Source: Bacilli bacterium (lineage in GTDB: Bacteria > Bacillota_I > Bacilli_A > RF39 > UBA660). From it: DNA of 64,000 bases. The notes beneath the pieces are model-generated. The model ran no database searches, had not been told where the DNA came from, and saw only the letters and a program-made list of their open reading frames with translations. Shown here in pieces: positions 17,469 through 26,291 of the stretch (position 1 is the stretch's first letter; each line of letters opens with the position of its first letter). Location of the stretch: the NCBI GenBank assembly GCA_017416535.1, contig JAFQCG010000005.1, positions 51,132-115,131 on the forward strand, given 5' to 3'. The position numbers were made by a program, and so were the translations under genes.

Positions 17469-20375
17469 TTATTCAGCCCCCCTTGGTTGACTACCTTGGT
17501 TATTTTCACCAAGTTCTCCTAATTTTATTATTGAGTCACCTGATAATATTCTTGTTCCACTTGTATCGCGGAATAAATTACTTTGATATACGTATACTCC
17601 ATTTACTGGGTTTTTGTTTATTTTTCCATTTGTCCACTTACCATAGGAATGTTCTTTGTTATCTTTTCTAATTGAAGCTAAATCCTCAGGTGTTAAATGG
17701 AATCTATAATCTAAATTATCAGACTCTTTATCACTATCATATAATGATGCTGAGTTACTTTGAATATGTTCAATTAATGCTGTAGGATTAATTTCATATT
17801 CTGGATTTTTACTTGTTTTTGCTTTATCTGTCCAGTTAAATCCAATTTCACGTTTTGTTGGATCTACTACTCCTGGTTCTAGAGCATTAGGGAACATATT
17901 TCCTTTATCAATTGTTCTGAATGTATAATTCATAACACCGTTATTTTCTTTTTTACTTGTTCCGCAACATCCGTTTTCTTTAACATTACATATTTCATTT
18001 CTTAATGCATAGAAGCATTTAATATCAAAGTTCCATTTAAATTTACCAAAGTCACGTGTACGAGCAACAATGTTATAGCCATTTGATGTTCCTGGTGAAC
18101 CTGCTAATTCTTCTTCTATTTGAGCAGGTGTATAACAATTATTTCCTAACTTATACCATTCCCACCATTTTGCATTTACGCTTTCAGCATCTAGTGGCAT
18201 ACAGAATTTTTGATCATCGTAATACCATCCATCTCCTGATTTTTCAGCAAATGATATTTCACCAGTCTTATTATGAATATATGTTCCTGGGAAACTCCAT
18301 TCTGTCATGTATTTATTTGCGGCATTTTTATCTTTATAACATCCATCTTTATCTAATATAATTGACTCGTTTGTTCCTGATGCTTCACCAGGTTTTAGTC
18401 CAGCCATTGTTTTTGCTTCATTGTCTTCAGCTTTTCCTTTTCCAATTGAATCGGCATCTGAAGTGAATGGGAAGTCAATTCTTGTAATTGTTGTTTTGTC
18501 TTCATCATTACCTTTGTCGTAATTAATTGAGATACTGAATGTTGCTTGATGTGTTTCGCATGTTGTACTTGCAATACAAGCTGACATTGCTTTGTTATAT
18601 TCAGCTCTGTTTCTTTCTTCATCTTTGGCAATTGTACCTGGGTTAAGGTATTTATCTTCTGCACATGAAGATGTTTGCCATTCACAATTATCTGTACATA
18701 AACTTCCACTATAGTTTGCACGATAGAATCCATTTCCATCGGCTACATATGAGCCACAGTATCCTGATGTACATGTATTTTTTATTCCAGAAATATCATA
18801 TCCACCAGCATAGTAGTTATTATTTATCGCTGCTCTATCAAGGTACCATCTACCTAAAGAGTTTTTATTGTTATATAGGATTGTTGGATTGTTTACATCA
18901 ATCTTTCCTTCTGAATTAGTATAGTTATCTAAAGCATACCAATCAATTTTGGAATCTCCTCGACCATAACATCCATAATATCCTTTATTTTCTTCTAAAC
19001 ATTGTTTTATTGTATATGAATTAGAATCAGCTAATCTTTCAACTTGTACATTTGAATAATCAACTGCTAGTTTCTTATTTGTTTTTCCATATGCTTTTTC
19101 ATAACATTTTAAACTACATTTTTCTGTATATTTTCCACCATCGCATTTTTCAACACATGAATCAAATTCTTCATTTGGTCCAGCTTGTGGTTTATTTCTT
19201 TCTGTACCTGATAATGATTCGCATCGTGGTGCTGGTGTACATGCTCCTGTTGGAACTGTAGGCTCTGGAGCTACGAATTTAGCATCACATTTTACATAAC
19301 TTGTTACTTTAACTTTATATTCAAAACATAGTCCTGCTTTTGAAGCAACTGGTGGACCATATTCTAATTTTACTGCTTCTTCACAAGTTCTTTCACATGC
19401 ATTATGTGTTTTTGTTACTGTTTGTCCTACTGCATAATTGTATGTGTATTGTAATGTATCTGTTTTTGTTTCTGATTTTGTATAGTAATAATCTTTATTT
19501 AAATAATATTCTGCAGATTGAATACTATCTCCATATTTATTTGTATATGTTTTTACTTCTTTATTTCCTGTATTTACAAATTTGTAATTACAATTTAAGC
19601 AGATTGTTTCATCTGATGGATTTTTAATTTTATTTCCAGCATCTTTAGCCTTTTTAGCAATTGTTGCAAAATCTGCCGGTTCTGGAGTTCTATTACTATA
19701 GATTTCCCATAAATCCTTTGTATTTTTGATATTTGATTTTAATGTTTCTTCAGCTGGATTTGAAGCTACATTTTGTTTCCAGCAATCTGGAATTGCTTTT
19801 TTAAAGAAATTATATTTTTCTGAGTTTACTGCACCAGCGGCAGTTCTATAATCTTTACAATGTGTATTGTAATATTTATTTGCTACTGTTTTTACTGAAC
19901 TACTTCCTGCAGGTTCTCTTGTTTCTGAAAATTTAACGTCGATATGTTGATATTCAAGATCTTTTGCTGCTGGATCAGTATTTTTTAATTTTACTGTTAA
20001 GTAATATTCGTTGCTATTACCTTTTCGTATTAATTCTGCTTTTATTGTTACTTCTTTATTACTCTTGCTGATTTTAGACCCAACTGCATCATTTTTACCA
20101 CCGTTAACACTTATTATTTCGTATTCAGCGGAATCGTGACTTTCGTTTGGTGTGCTACATGTTGGAACATCTTTTATTAAAGTATATTCTCCAGAAGTAC
20201 TGGTTGATTTGATATATATACCAAATTCATCAGCTAACTCTTTACAAGATAAATCTCTTGTTGTTTCTTCTGTTTCTGTTGCATAAATTTTTGGAATTGC
20301 AACTACACTTAGCATTAATAGTAATATTGATACAACCCCGATTATTCTTACTTTATGCTTGCGCATTGTCATCAT
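17469..20375 (-). CDS. Large secreted cysteine-rich protein (candidate adhesin or tip protein)
   Basis: Signal peptide (VVSILLLMLSVVAIPKIYA). 968 aa with roughly 30 Cys by hand count, many in close pairs (CLNC, CERTC, CVEKC, CSLKC, CTSGYC, CTDNC). No LPXTG and no TM anchor at the C-terminus. Confidence 0.7.
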   Translation of the reverse strand: MMTMRKHKVRIIGVVSILLLMLSVVAIPKIYATETEETTRDLSCKELADEFGIYIKSTSTSGEYTLIKDVPTCSTPNESHDSAEYEIISVNGGKNDAVGSKISKSNKEVTIKAELIRKGNSNEYYLTVKLKNTDPAAKDLEYQHIDVKFSETREPAGSSSVKTVANKYYNTHCKDYRTAAGAVNSEKYNFFKKAIPDCWKQNVASNPAEETLKSNIKNTKDLWEIYSNRTPEPADFATIAKKAKDAGNKIKNPSDETICLNCNYKFVNTGNKEVKTYTNKYGDSIQSAEYYLNKDYYYTKSETKTDTLQYTYNYAVGQTVTKTHNACERTCEEAVKLEYGPPVASKAGLCFEYKVKVTSYVKCDAKFVAPEPTVPTGACTPAPRCESLSGTERNKPQAGPNEEFDSCVEKCDGGKYTEKCSLKCYEKAYGKTNKKLAVDYSNVQVERLADSNSYTIKQCLEENKGYYGCYGRGDSKIDWYALDNYTNSEGKIDVNNPTILYNNKNSLGRWYLDRAAINNNYYAGGYDISGIKNTCTSGYCGSYVADGNGFYRANYSGSLCTDNCEWQTSSCAEDKYLNPGTIAKDEERNRAEYNKAMSACIASTTCETHQATFSISINYDKGNDEDKTTITRIDFPFTSDADSIGKGKAEDNEAKTMAGLKPGEASGTNESIILDKDGCYKDKNAANKYMTEWSFPGTYIHNKTGEISFAEKSGDGWYYDDQKFCMPLDAESVNAKWWEWYKLGNNCYTPAQIEEELAGSPGTSNGYNIVARTRDFGKFKWNFDIKCFYALRNEICNVKENGCCGTSKKENNGVMNYTFRTIDKGNMFPNALEPGVVDPTKREIGFNWTDKAKTSKNPEYEINPTALIEHIQSNSASLYDSDKESDNLDYRFHLTPEDLASIRKDNKEHSYGKWTNGKINKNPVNGVYVYQSNLFRDTSGTRILSGDSIIKLGELGENNQGSQPRGAE

Positions 20376-21204
20376 CTCCTTCCATCAATTTCTTTATTTC
20401 TTTGTATTTATCATTTGCTGTTACTTTGTAATTGTCCATTTTTTCATTTTCTCTTAATAATCTTCCTACAACAACAAATTGTTTTTGATTATTTTTACCA
20501 AATATTCTTGTACATGTTGTTAATGTAATAAGACTATCATTTTCATCTACCTCTACATCAAAATCGTAGATACTTGATTCATTGATTTGTTTGATGTAAT
20601 CTTTTGTTTCTTCTTTTGTATAGTTTTCTTTGTGATTTAAATCTAATTTATAATCTTTTTCAAAGAATACTCCAAATATTTTATATACATGATCTTCTTC
20701 ATTAACTGTATATTGAATATATTTATTATCATTAATAAAGTCTTCATATACAAAAGCCATTAAATCATCAAATCTTGAAAAATATTTTTCTCCAATCTTT
20801 GGTGTGTTTGATAGATTCATTATGTTATGTCCTGATATAACTACTTGATTGAATAATTTTTCTTTATTATTGTTATTCCATAGATAGTCATCTTTTTCAA
20901 CATGAGCTAAATCTGTTACATATTCATATCCAATGATTGGTGCATCTATTTTTGTTCCTTGAACTTTTAACCAACCAATTGTTTCATAACCAGTATTATC
21001 CTTTTCGTTTTTTTGTTCTTTTGCTATATTCCTTACTCTGCTATCCACTTTATATATTGATGTTCCAAATATATTTAGAGCAAATATTAATGTGAATACA
21101 ATACAGCAACAAATCAGAAGACCTGTTGTTAAGACTAATGTCTTGATCCTCTGACTTTGTTTCTTTGTTAATTTTATTTTCTTCTTTTTCATTGCTACAC
21201 CCAC
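20353..21204 (-). CDS. srtB: Class B sortase
   Basis: N-terminal TM helix. TIGWLKVQGTKIDAPIIGY resembles S. aureus SrtB DIVGWIKLSGTSLNYPVLQG (compared from memory). His in VISGHN, catalytic LITLTTCT, Arg in FVVVGRL. Confidence 0.8.
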   Translation of the reverse strand: MGVAMKKKKIKLTKKQSQRIKTLVLTTGLLICCCIVFTLIFALNIFGTSIYKVDSRVRNIAKEQKNEKDNTGYETIGWLKVQGTKIDAPIIGYEYVTDLAHVEKDDYLWNNNNKEKLFNQVVISGHNIMNLSNTPKIGEKYFSRFDDLMAFVYEDFINDNKYIQYTVNEEDHVYKIFGVFFEKDYKLDLNHKENYTKEETKDYIKQINESSIYDFDVEVDENDSLITLTTCTRIFGKNNQKQFVVVGRLLRENEKMDNYKVTANDKYKEIKKLMEGDDDNAQA

Positions 21205-23016
21205 TTACTTAGTAATGTTATATGGACTATCTTTAGTACCTTTTCCTTTTTTGATTGAAACTGATTTTTTCAAATTAGCTACTACCCTTATTCCATATTC
21301 ATCAAAATCTCCAACATTTTCTGTTATAACTACACCTGCATCTGTGACAAGAGCTTTATAATATGGTTCTTCAGATGAATTTAGTAACCAATATGAACGT
21401 GTTCTTGATGCTGATTTAGCACTTGCACTGAACATTTCATACATGTTTGGAGCAGATAATTTAACTTTATATTTTTCAGTTGTTTTTTGTTTTCCATATT
21501 GAATTTCTTTTTTGTATACTGGTACTTTAATTTCTTTATTAACAAAGTAAGATGTATCTATATATTCACTTACTTTATTATTAATGTAATAACCAACATT
21601 ATTCTTTTGAGTTGGGTTGTAAATCTTTTTATCAGATTTTACTTTCTTGTAGTTTGTTTTGATGTTTACTCCATCTTTCTTAATATTTTCTATAGAAACT
21701 ACTTTTGTTGTACCGTCTTCATTTACTTCAATAATTCTCCATAACATACCACCGTAGGAAATATATTCTCCAGAATAACGAGTATTAATTAGTTCATCTG
21801 TTTTTCCTGTTTTTGTTTCTCCAAATGTATAAGGAGATGTTGATGTTCCATTTCCAGATTTAATAAGTGTATTTCCTTTTATTGTTAAAACTGGTCTTAC
21901 ACCATAATTTTGTGTTTTTAAATCCGCATAGAAATCTGAACCAGCTTCATTTCCAAAAAATACATTTCTTGTTGTGTAAGCTGTTTTATCACTATTTTCA
22001 TTTGCTAACCACGATAATGTTTCTGGTTTCATAAAACTTTCTGATTTATCGTCTTTTGTAAGATTTACATCTATAACTGAAGGAATGTGTGCGTATTTAC
22101 TATCAGTAAATGATGTACATTCTGCTGCATTCAATGTTTCCTTAGTTACTTTCATATTACAGTATTTATTTTTTACTAGTAACTTCTTAGCATTATCATT
22201 TATATGCTTCATGAAATAATCTTCCAACCAAGGAGATACTCCACTATAGTTAACATTGGCAATATCTTCATCTGCGACTATTCTTACATTATTTCCATCA
22301 ATACCAATAATTCTAAATAGCATTCCAGAAAGTCTTACGTAGTTTGCTGGAGCCGAACCTTGGTAATAATCTTTTTTGTCATTTGCTATCTTTACTGCAT
22401 TTTTAATTTTTGATACTACTTCAACAGTTCTTTCTACAGTTGTTTTATTTTTTAATCCATCTGTTGCTGTATATGTTACTTTATATGTTCCAATTTTTTC
22501 TGTATCTACTTTTTTAGAATCGATGGTAACATCTTTTACATTCATCTTTCCATCTGTATTATCAACAACACTTTTTACTCCTGGTTCTTTATATTTAGAA
22601 CCTAAGTCAATTGTCATTGTTTCAGAACCATTAAGTTTTATTTCTGGTCCTTTGTTATCTACTGTTGATTTTATAGCTCCACATTGTAGATATGTGTAAT
22701 ACTTATACTCTCCATCTACTTTTCTTACCTTAACCCATGATTCTTTTAAGTCGCATGGTTTATCAGTATAAGGAATGTAGAAATCTTCTTTTAAGTATGA
22801 TTTGTGATATAGAGTTTGCATTGTTACTGTTGCAACTCTTTTTCCTGTTGGAAGTTCTGTTGGATTCAATTGATAATATCTAACTGCAGCTTCTTCCAAA
22901 GTCTTTTCATATTTACTGAAGTTGTATGATGGTTTAATAAAGATGAACCATACAAATAAGGCTACAATTACTACTACAACTAAAAGTTTTAAAACGCTTA
23001 ATGTTTTTTTATTCAT
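21205..23016 (-). CDS. Membrane-anchored surface protein with an Ig-like domain and two repeated WRI..EDG...G[VI]R[PV]V modules
   Basis: N-terminal TM helix LLVVVVIVALFVWFIF. Ig-like segment GPEIKLNGSETMTIDLGSKYKEPGVKSVVDNTDG...YKVTYTATDG. Two modules start MLFRIIGIDGNNVRIV and MLWRIIEVNEDGTTKV, and end YGVRPVLTIKGN...GNGTSTSPY and YGIRVVANLKK...GKGTKDSPY. Confidence 0.65.
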   Translation of the reverse strand: MNKKTLSVLKLLVVVVIVALFVWFIFIKPSYNFSKYEKTLEEAAVRYYQLNPTELPTGKRVATVTMQTLYHKSYLKEDFYIPYTDKPCDLKESWVKVRKVDGEYKYYTYLQCGAIKSTVDNKGPEIKLNGSETMTIDLGSKYKEPGVKSVVDNTDGKMNVKDVTIDSKKVDTEKIGTYKVTYTATDGLKNKTTVERTVEVVSKIKNAVKIANDKKDYYQGSAPANYVRLSGMLFRIIGIDGNNVRIVADEDIANVNYSGVSPWLEDYFMKHINDNAKKLLVKNKYCNMKVTKETLNAAECTSFTDSKYAHIPSVIDVNLTKDDKSESFMKPETLSWLANENSDKTAYTTRNVFFGNEAGSDFYADLKTQNYGVRPVLTIKGNTLIKSGNGTSTSPYTFGETKTGKTDELINTRYSGEYISYGGMLWRIIEVNEDGTTKVVSIENIKKDGVNIKTNYKKVKSDKKIYNPTQKNNVGYYINNKVSEYIDTSYFVNKEIKVPVYKKEIQYGKQKTTEKYKVKLSAPNMYEMFSASAKSASRTRSYWLLNSSEEPYYKALVTDAGVVITENVGDFDEYGIRVVANLKKSVSIKKGKGTKDSPYNITK

Positions 23017-23028
23017 AATTCCTCCTTA

Positions 23029-24582
23029 TTATCTTAATTTGTATATGTATCGATTATTTCTAATTGTGTATTCCAATTCTATTGAAGATGAGTTTGAAAC
23101 CTCTGTTGGAATCTTTATATATAAGTACTTACCATAGTATGTTTTGTTGAATGGATTTTTTATCTTGAGTACACTACGCTTATTCTTATTATTTATATAA
23201 TTTATTGTACCATATTTGCTTGAAAAGTCAATCATATCTTTGCCCTCAAAGTTGTTTGAAGAGAATGGTATTTTTAGGATTTTATATCCTTTTTCAGCTG
23301 TGTATTTTCCTGTTTTTGTTGAACACTCTGAACTATAACAAATACGATATGAATATTCTGTTGTATCTAACAATTCATAATCATCTAAAGTTACTATTTC
23401 TTCTTTATTTTCAAGAACAAATTTCATTTCTTTTCCAAGGGTAATTGTATCGTGTTTCTTTATTTCTGATACATCATTTAATTTTAATTTAATTTTTCTT
23501 AGATGTGGTTTATCTCCATCGAATTCTTGATAATACAATACGAAACGTTTTTTTGATAATTCTTTACTTACTTTAAATATCATTATCATATCTACGCTTT
23601 CGTCTTTTTTTAGTTCTACACTTTCGTATGCTTCTCCATAATCTTGGAATTCTTCCTCATATGTTTTAGCTGTTGTGATATAGTCATTTACTCCGTTCAT
23701 AATATGAAATTTTTGTAAATCAACTTCTCTTTGCTGGTAGTTATTTTTTATTGTTAAGCTAACTACTACAAAGGCGCTTTTATCACTAATTACTCTTCCT
23801 GCGTAGTCCTTATCAGAATAATAGCTATCGTGAATTGTTATTGTGTAACTATTTGCATTTAAGGAGTCACCTTGTCTGTAAGATTTATTTGTTATAAATA
23901 TAAATTTATACCCGGTATATAATATAGCAATTGAAAGGACAATAATAATTGTGTTAACTATTAATTTATGTTCTGTATATACGTAACTTGCATTTCTAAT
24001 AAATTTCTTTATTGTCCTTTTTAAACTATCTTTATCAAAGTCGATACTTATTTCTAATTCTTCTCTATCTTCACTATTTAACGCAAGATATTCTTCGTCC
24101 ATTTTAAAGTTGAATTTTTTTAAATCCATACCAACTGTACGAATTAAGAATATTAACATTGCTGGATATTGTAATACTGATGATATAAATAAGAAGTCTC
24201 GAATAGCTCTTATTCCTGCTTGATCTATAATTCCGTTATATGAATCAAAAAAACTTTTTGTTGAGAAAAAGACAATCATCATAAAAATATATTCTAACGC
24301 AGGTAGAATGTATAATTTCCATGGTTTCTTTTTGTGTCGTAATAAAAGAATTAACATTATACTTCCAACACTAATTAGTAGCATAGCAATAATTACAAAT
24401 CCTGTTACAAATTGTGTTATTGGTTCATTATAAGAGTCATATGTACCTAAACTCATAAACTCTGTTACAAATGAACTTAATTGCATGTTTTTATAATATA
24501 CAAAAGCACTTAAAACTAGTAAAATTAAATGTATTTTTCTAAAATGTTTAATCAAAAAGGCATATGGTTTTCTAATGATCAT
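23029..24582 (-). CDS. Polytopic membrane protein with a C-terminal extracellular beta-rich region. First gene of the locus.
   Basis: About five to six TM helices in the first ~230 aa, then a soluble region. No recognisable catalytic motif. Confidence 0.55.
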   Translation of the reverse strand: MIIRKPYAFLIKHFRKIHLILLVLSAFVYYKNMQLSSFVTEFMSLGTYDSYNEPITQFVTGFVIIAMLLISVGSIMLILLLRHKKKPWKLYILPALEYIFMMIVFFSTKSFFDSYNGIIDQAGIRAIRDFLFISSVLQYPAMLIFLIRTVGMDLKKFNFKMDEEYLALNSEDREELEISIDFDKDSLKRTIKKFIRNASYVYTEHKLIVNTIIIVLSIAILYTGYKFIFITNKSYRQGDSLNANSYTITIHDSYYSDKDYAGRVISDKSAFVVVSLTIKNNYQQREVDLQKFHIMNGVNDYITTAKTYEEEFQDYGEAYESVELKKDESVDMIMIFKVSKELSKKRFVLYYQEFDGDKPHLRKIKLKLNDVSEIKKHDTITLGKEMKFVLENKEEIVTLDDYELLDTTEYSYRICYSSECSTKTGKYTAEKGYKILKIPFSSNNFEGKDMIDFSSKYGTINYINNKNKRSVLKIKNPFNKTYYGKYLYIKIPTEVSNSSSIELEYTIRNNRYIYKLR

Positions 24583-24654
24583 TATATCTACACTCCCTTA
24601 CCCTATTCTTTTTAAGTATATCGTATTTTAAGTTAAAATAAAAGATAATTATGC

Positions 24655-24681
24655 ACAAAAAAACTTCATTAATATGAAGTT
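24655..24681 (-). terminator. Intrinsic terminator separating the greA unit from the secretion locus
   Basis: RNA sense aacuucau-auua-augaaguu followed by 6-7 U. Overlaps the stop of the small ORF at 24669. Confidence 0.6.
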
Positions 24682-24845
24682 TTATAGTCCACTTTATAGA
24701 TTAGTGAAATTTCTTGATTTTTTCTTTTTCTTATAATGTTACATTTTGAAATAATGAATGTTGTTACAGCACATCCTAACACTAATATAGTCATTCCTAC
24801 TGCAATTACTTTTTTTAGTGTTAATAATAATTCTACATCACTCAT
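24669..24845 (-). CDS. Possible 58-aa single-TM membrane peptide
   Basis: My translation: MSDVELLLTLKKVIAVGMTILVLGCAVTTFIISKCNIIRKRKNQEISLIYKVDYKTSY. Not in the ORF track. No strong SD seen. Confidence 0.3.
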   Translation of the reverse strand: MSDVELLLTLKKVIAVGMTILVLGCAVTTFIISKCNIIRKRKNQEISLIYKVDYKTSY

Positions 24846-24923
24846 CTTATCACCTGTTTAATTATAACAAATATATTTTTATGAGGCAACAAAAAAAATA
24901 GTCAATAAGACTATCTTTTTTAT

Positions 24924-25394
24924 TTATTTTATTTCAATGATTTCTACATCATATGAACCATTTGGGCTTTCAACTGTTACGATGTCTCCAACTTTGTGGT
25001 CAAATAATGCTTTTGCGATTGGTGATTCATTAGAAATTTTACTTTCAAATGGATCTGCTTCTTGTGACCCAACTATTTTATATTCATCTTCTTCATCATC
25101 ATCTACATATTTGATTGAAACTGTATTTCCAATTCCAACTGTATCATTAGATACTTCTGTAATAATAGAAACATTTTCTAACATTTTTTCTAATTGTTGG
25201 ATTCTAGCTTCAATTTGTGCTTGTTCATTACGAGCAGCATCATATTCAGCATTTTCAGATAAATCTCCTAATGCTCTTGCTTCTTTAATAGCGATGATGT
25301 TTTCTGGACGTCTAACATTAATTAAGTTATCTAACTCATTTTTTAATTCTACTAATCCCTCTTCTGTTAAATATACAGTATTTTTATTTCCCAT
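24924..25394 (-). CDS. greA: Transcription elongation factor GreA
   Basis: MGNKNTVYLTEEGLVELKNELDNL...LGDLSENAEYDAARNEQ. I prefer the ATG at 25394 (SD gaggtg upstream) over the GTG at 25403 given in the track. Confidence 0.9.
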   Translation of the reverse strand: MGNKNTVYLTEEGLVELKNELDNLINVRRPENIIAIKEARALGDLSENAEYDAARNEQAQIEARIQQLEKMLENVSIITEVSNDTVGIGNTVSIKYVDDDEEDEYKIVGSQEADPFESKISNESPIAKALFDHKVGDIVTVESPNGSYDVEIIEIK

Positions 25395-25504
25395 TTCTAT
25401 CACCTCATTGTAAATGTTTATCTATTTAATTAGACAGTTGAACTTTAGACTCAACTTGCGATAGTATAACATATTTTTATTATATTTACAATATATTATT
25501 ATAT

Positions 25505-26197
25505 TTATTTTTTTGCTGATGCTTGTCTTTTTGGAGCATATACGAATTGGTATTGTTTTTCAGTATCCATGTTTTCCATAATTAGCTCTAAATCACTTTG
25601 TGAATATGAATCAATTTCTGTTATACAGAATGGATCATTTCCTTCTTTTGACATTGCTTCAAACCAATTTCTTTTTCTTGCAGAAAGACCTACTAAGGCA
25701 TTCTCATATAGTGGATATGCTCTTAAGTCTTCTCTATGTTCATCACGGTATTTAATTTTATTTAATTCTTTAACTTTTGCACCGTTTTTAAATAATGAAT
25801 ATAAACTTGGAATTGCTGCTGCTAAAGTTATAATTCCTGTTCCAATTGCAAATGCAACTGGGTTTGCAGATGCTCCAGCCATAGCTGCTGCTGCAACACC
25901 GATAACTGGCCCACCAATAATAGATGCTCCTGTCATAACTCCTGCTTTAGTTTTTCTTTTTTCGAAAACACTAATGTTACCAATACCAGCTTTTGCTTGT
26001 CTTTCTTGTTGTGCAATTATTTTCGCAATATTTTCTTCATCATAATTTACGTTTTTAAATACTCTACCATCTGCAAATTTTACAGATAAAGTTTCTTGTA
26101 CTTTTTTTCCATCTTCTGTTCTTGTAGTATCCTTGCTTGTTGTTACATCAAGAATATATTTTGGATCTGCTTTACGATCTAATCTAAAATCTTTCAT
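25505..26197 (-). CDS. Hypothetical membrane protein with Gly/Ala-rich TM segments
   Basis: The track ORF extends to 26284. The ATG at 26195-26197 (MKDFRLDRK..., preceded by aaaggaatga) seems a more likely start. Confidence 0.5.
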   Translation of the reverse strand: MKDFRLDRKADPKYILDVTTSKDTTRTEDGKKVQETLSVKFADGRVFKNVNYDEENIAKIIAQQERQAKAGIGNISVFEKRKTKAGVMTGASIIGGPVIGVAAAAMAGASANPVAFAIGTGIITLAAAIPSLYSLFKNGAKVKELNKIKYRDEHREDLRAYPLYENALVGLSARKRNWFEAMSKEGNDPFCITEIDSYSQSDLELIMENMDTEKQYQFVYAPKRQASAKK

Positions 26198-26291
26198 TTT
26201 ATCATTCCTTTTATAAAAAAATTTACCCGCTTTTCCTTTATCAGAAAGCGAGCTAATTATAACATATTTTAAAAAAAAATGCAAGTATTTA

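Noticed and set aside
22843-22854. LPTG in the 603-aa protein (…NPTELPTGKR…) as a sortase motif
   Set aside because: It lies about 55 residues from the N-terminus, lacks the x position of LPxTG, and is not followed by a hydrophobic segment plus basic tail.
1-24654. Prophage or competence (ComG) pseudopilus interpretation of the accessory locus
   Set aside because: There are no terminase, portal, capsid, tail or lysis genes. The pilus genes are CpaB, CpaF and two F-family genes with a TadZ-like gene (Tad type), not the ComGA/ComGB/ComGC type. VirB4, VirB6-like and VirD4 point to a T4SS.
24937-25413. Plus-strand 158-aa ORF opposite greA, and similarly 25569-26045 opposite the membrane protein
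   Set aside because: greA is unambiguous on the minus strand. The antisense ORFs are Ser-rich shadows without initiation signals.
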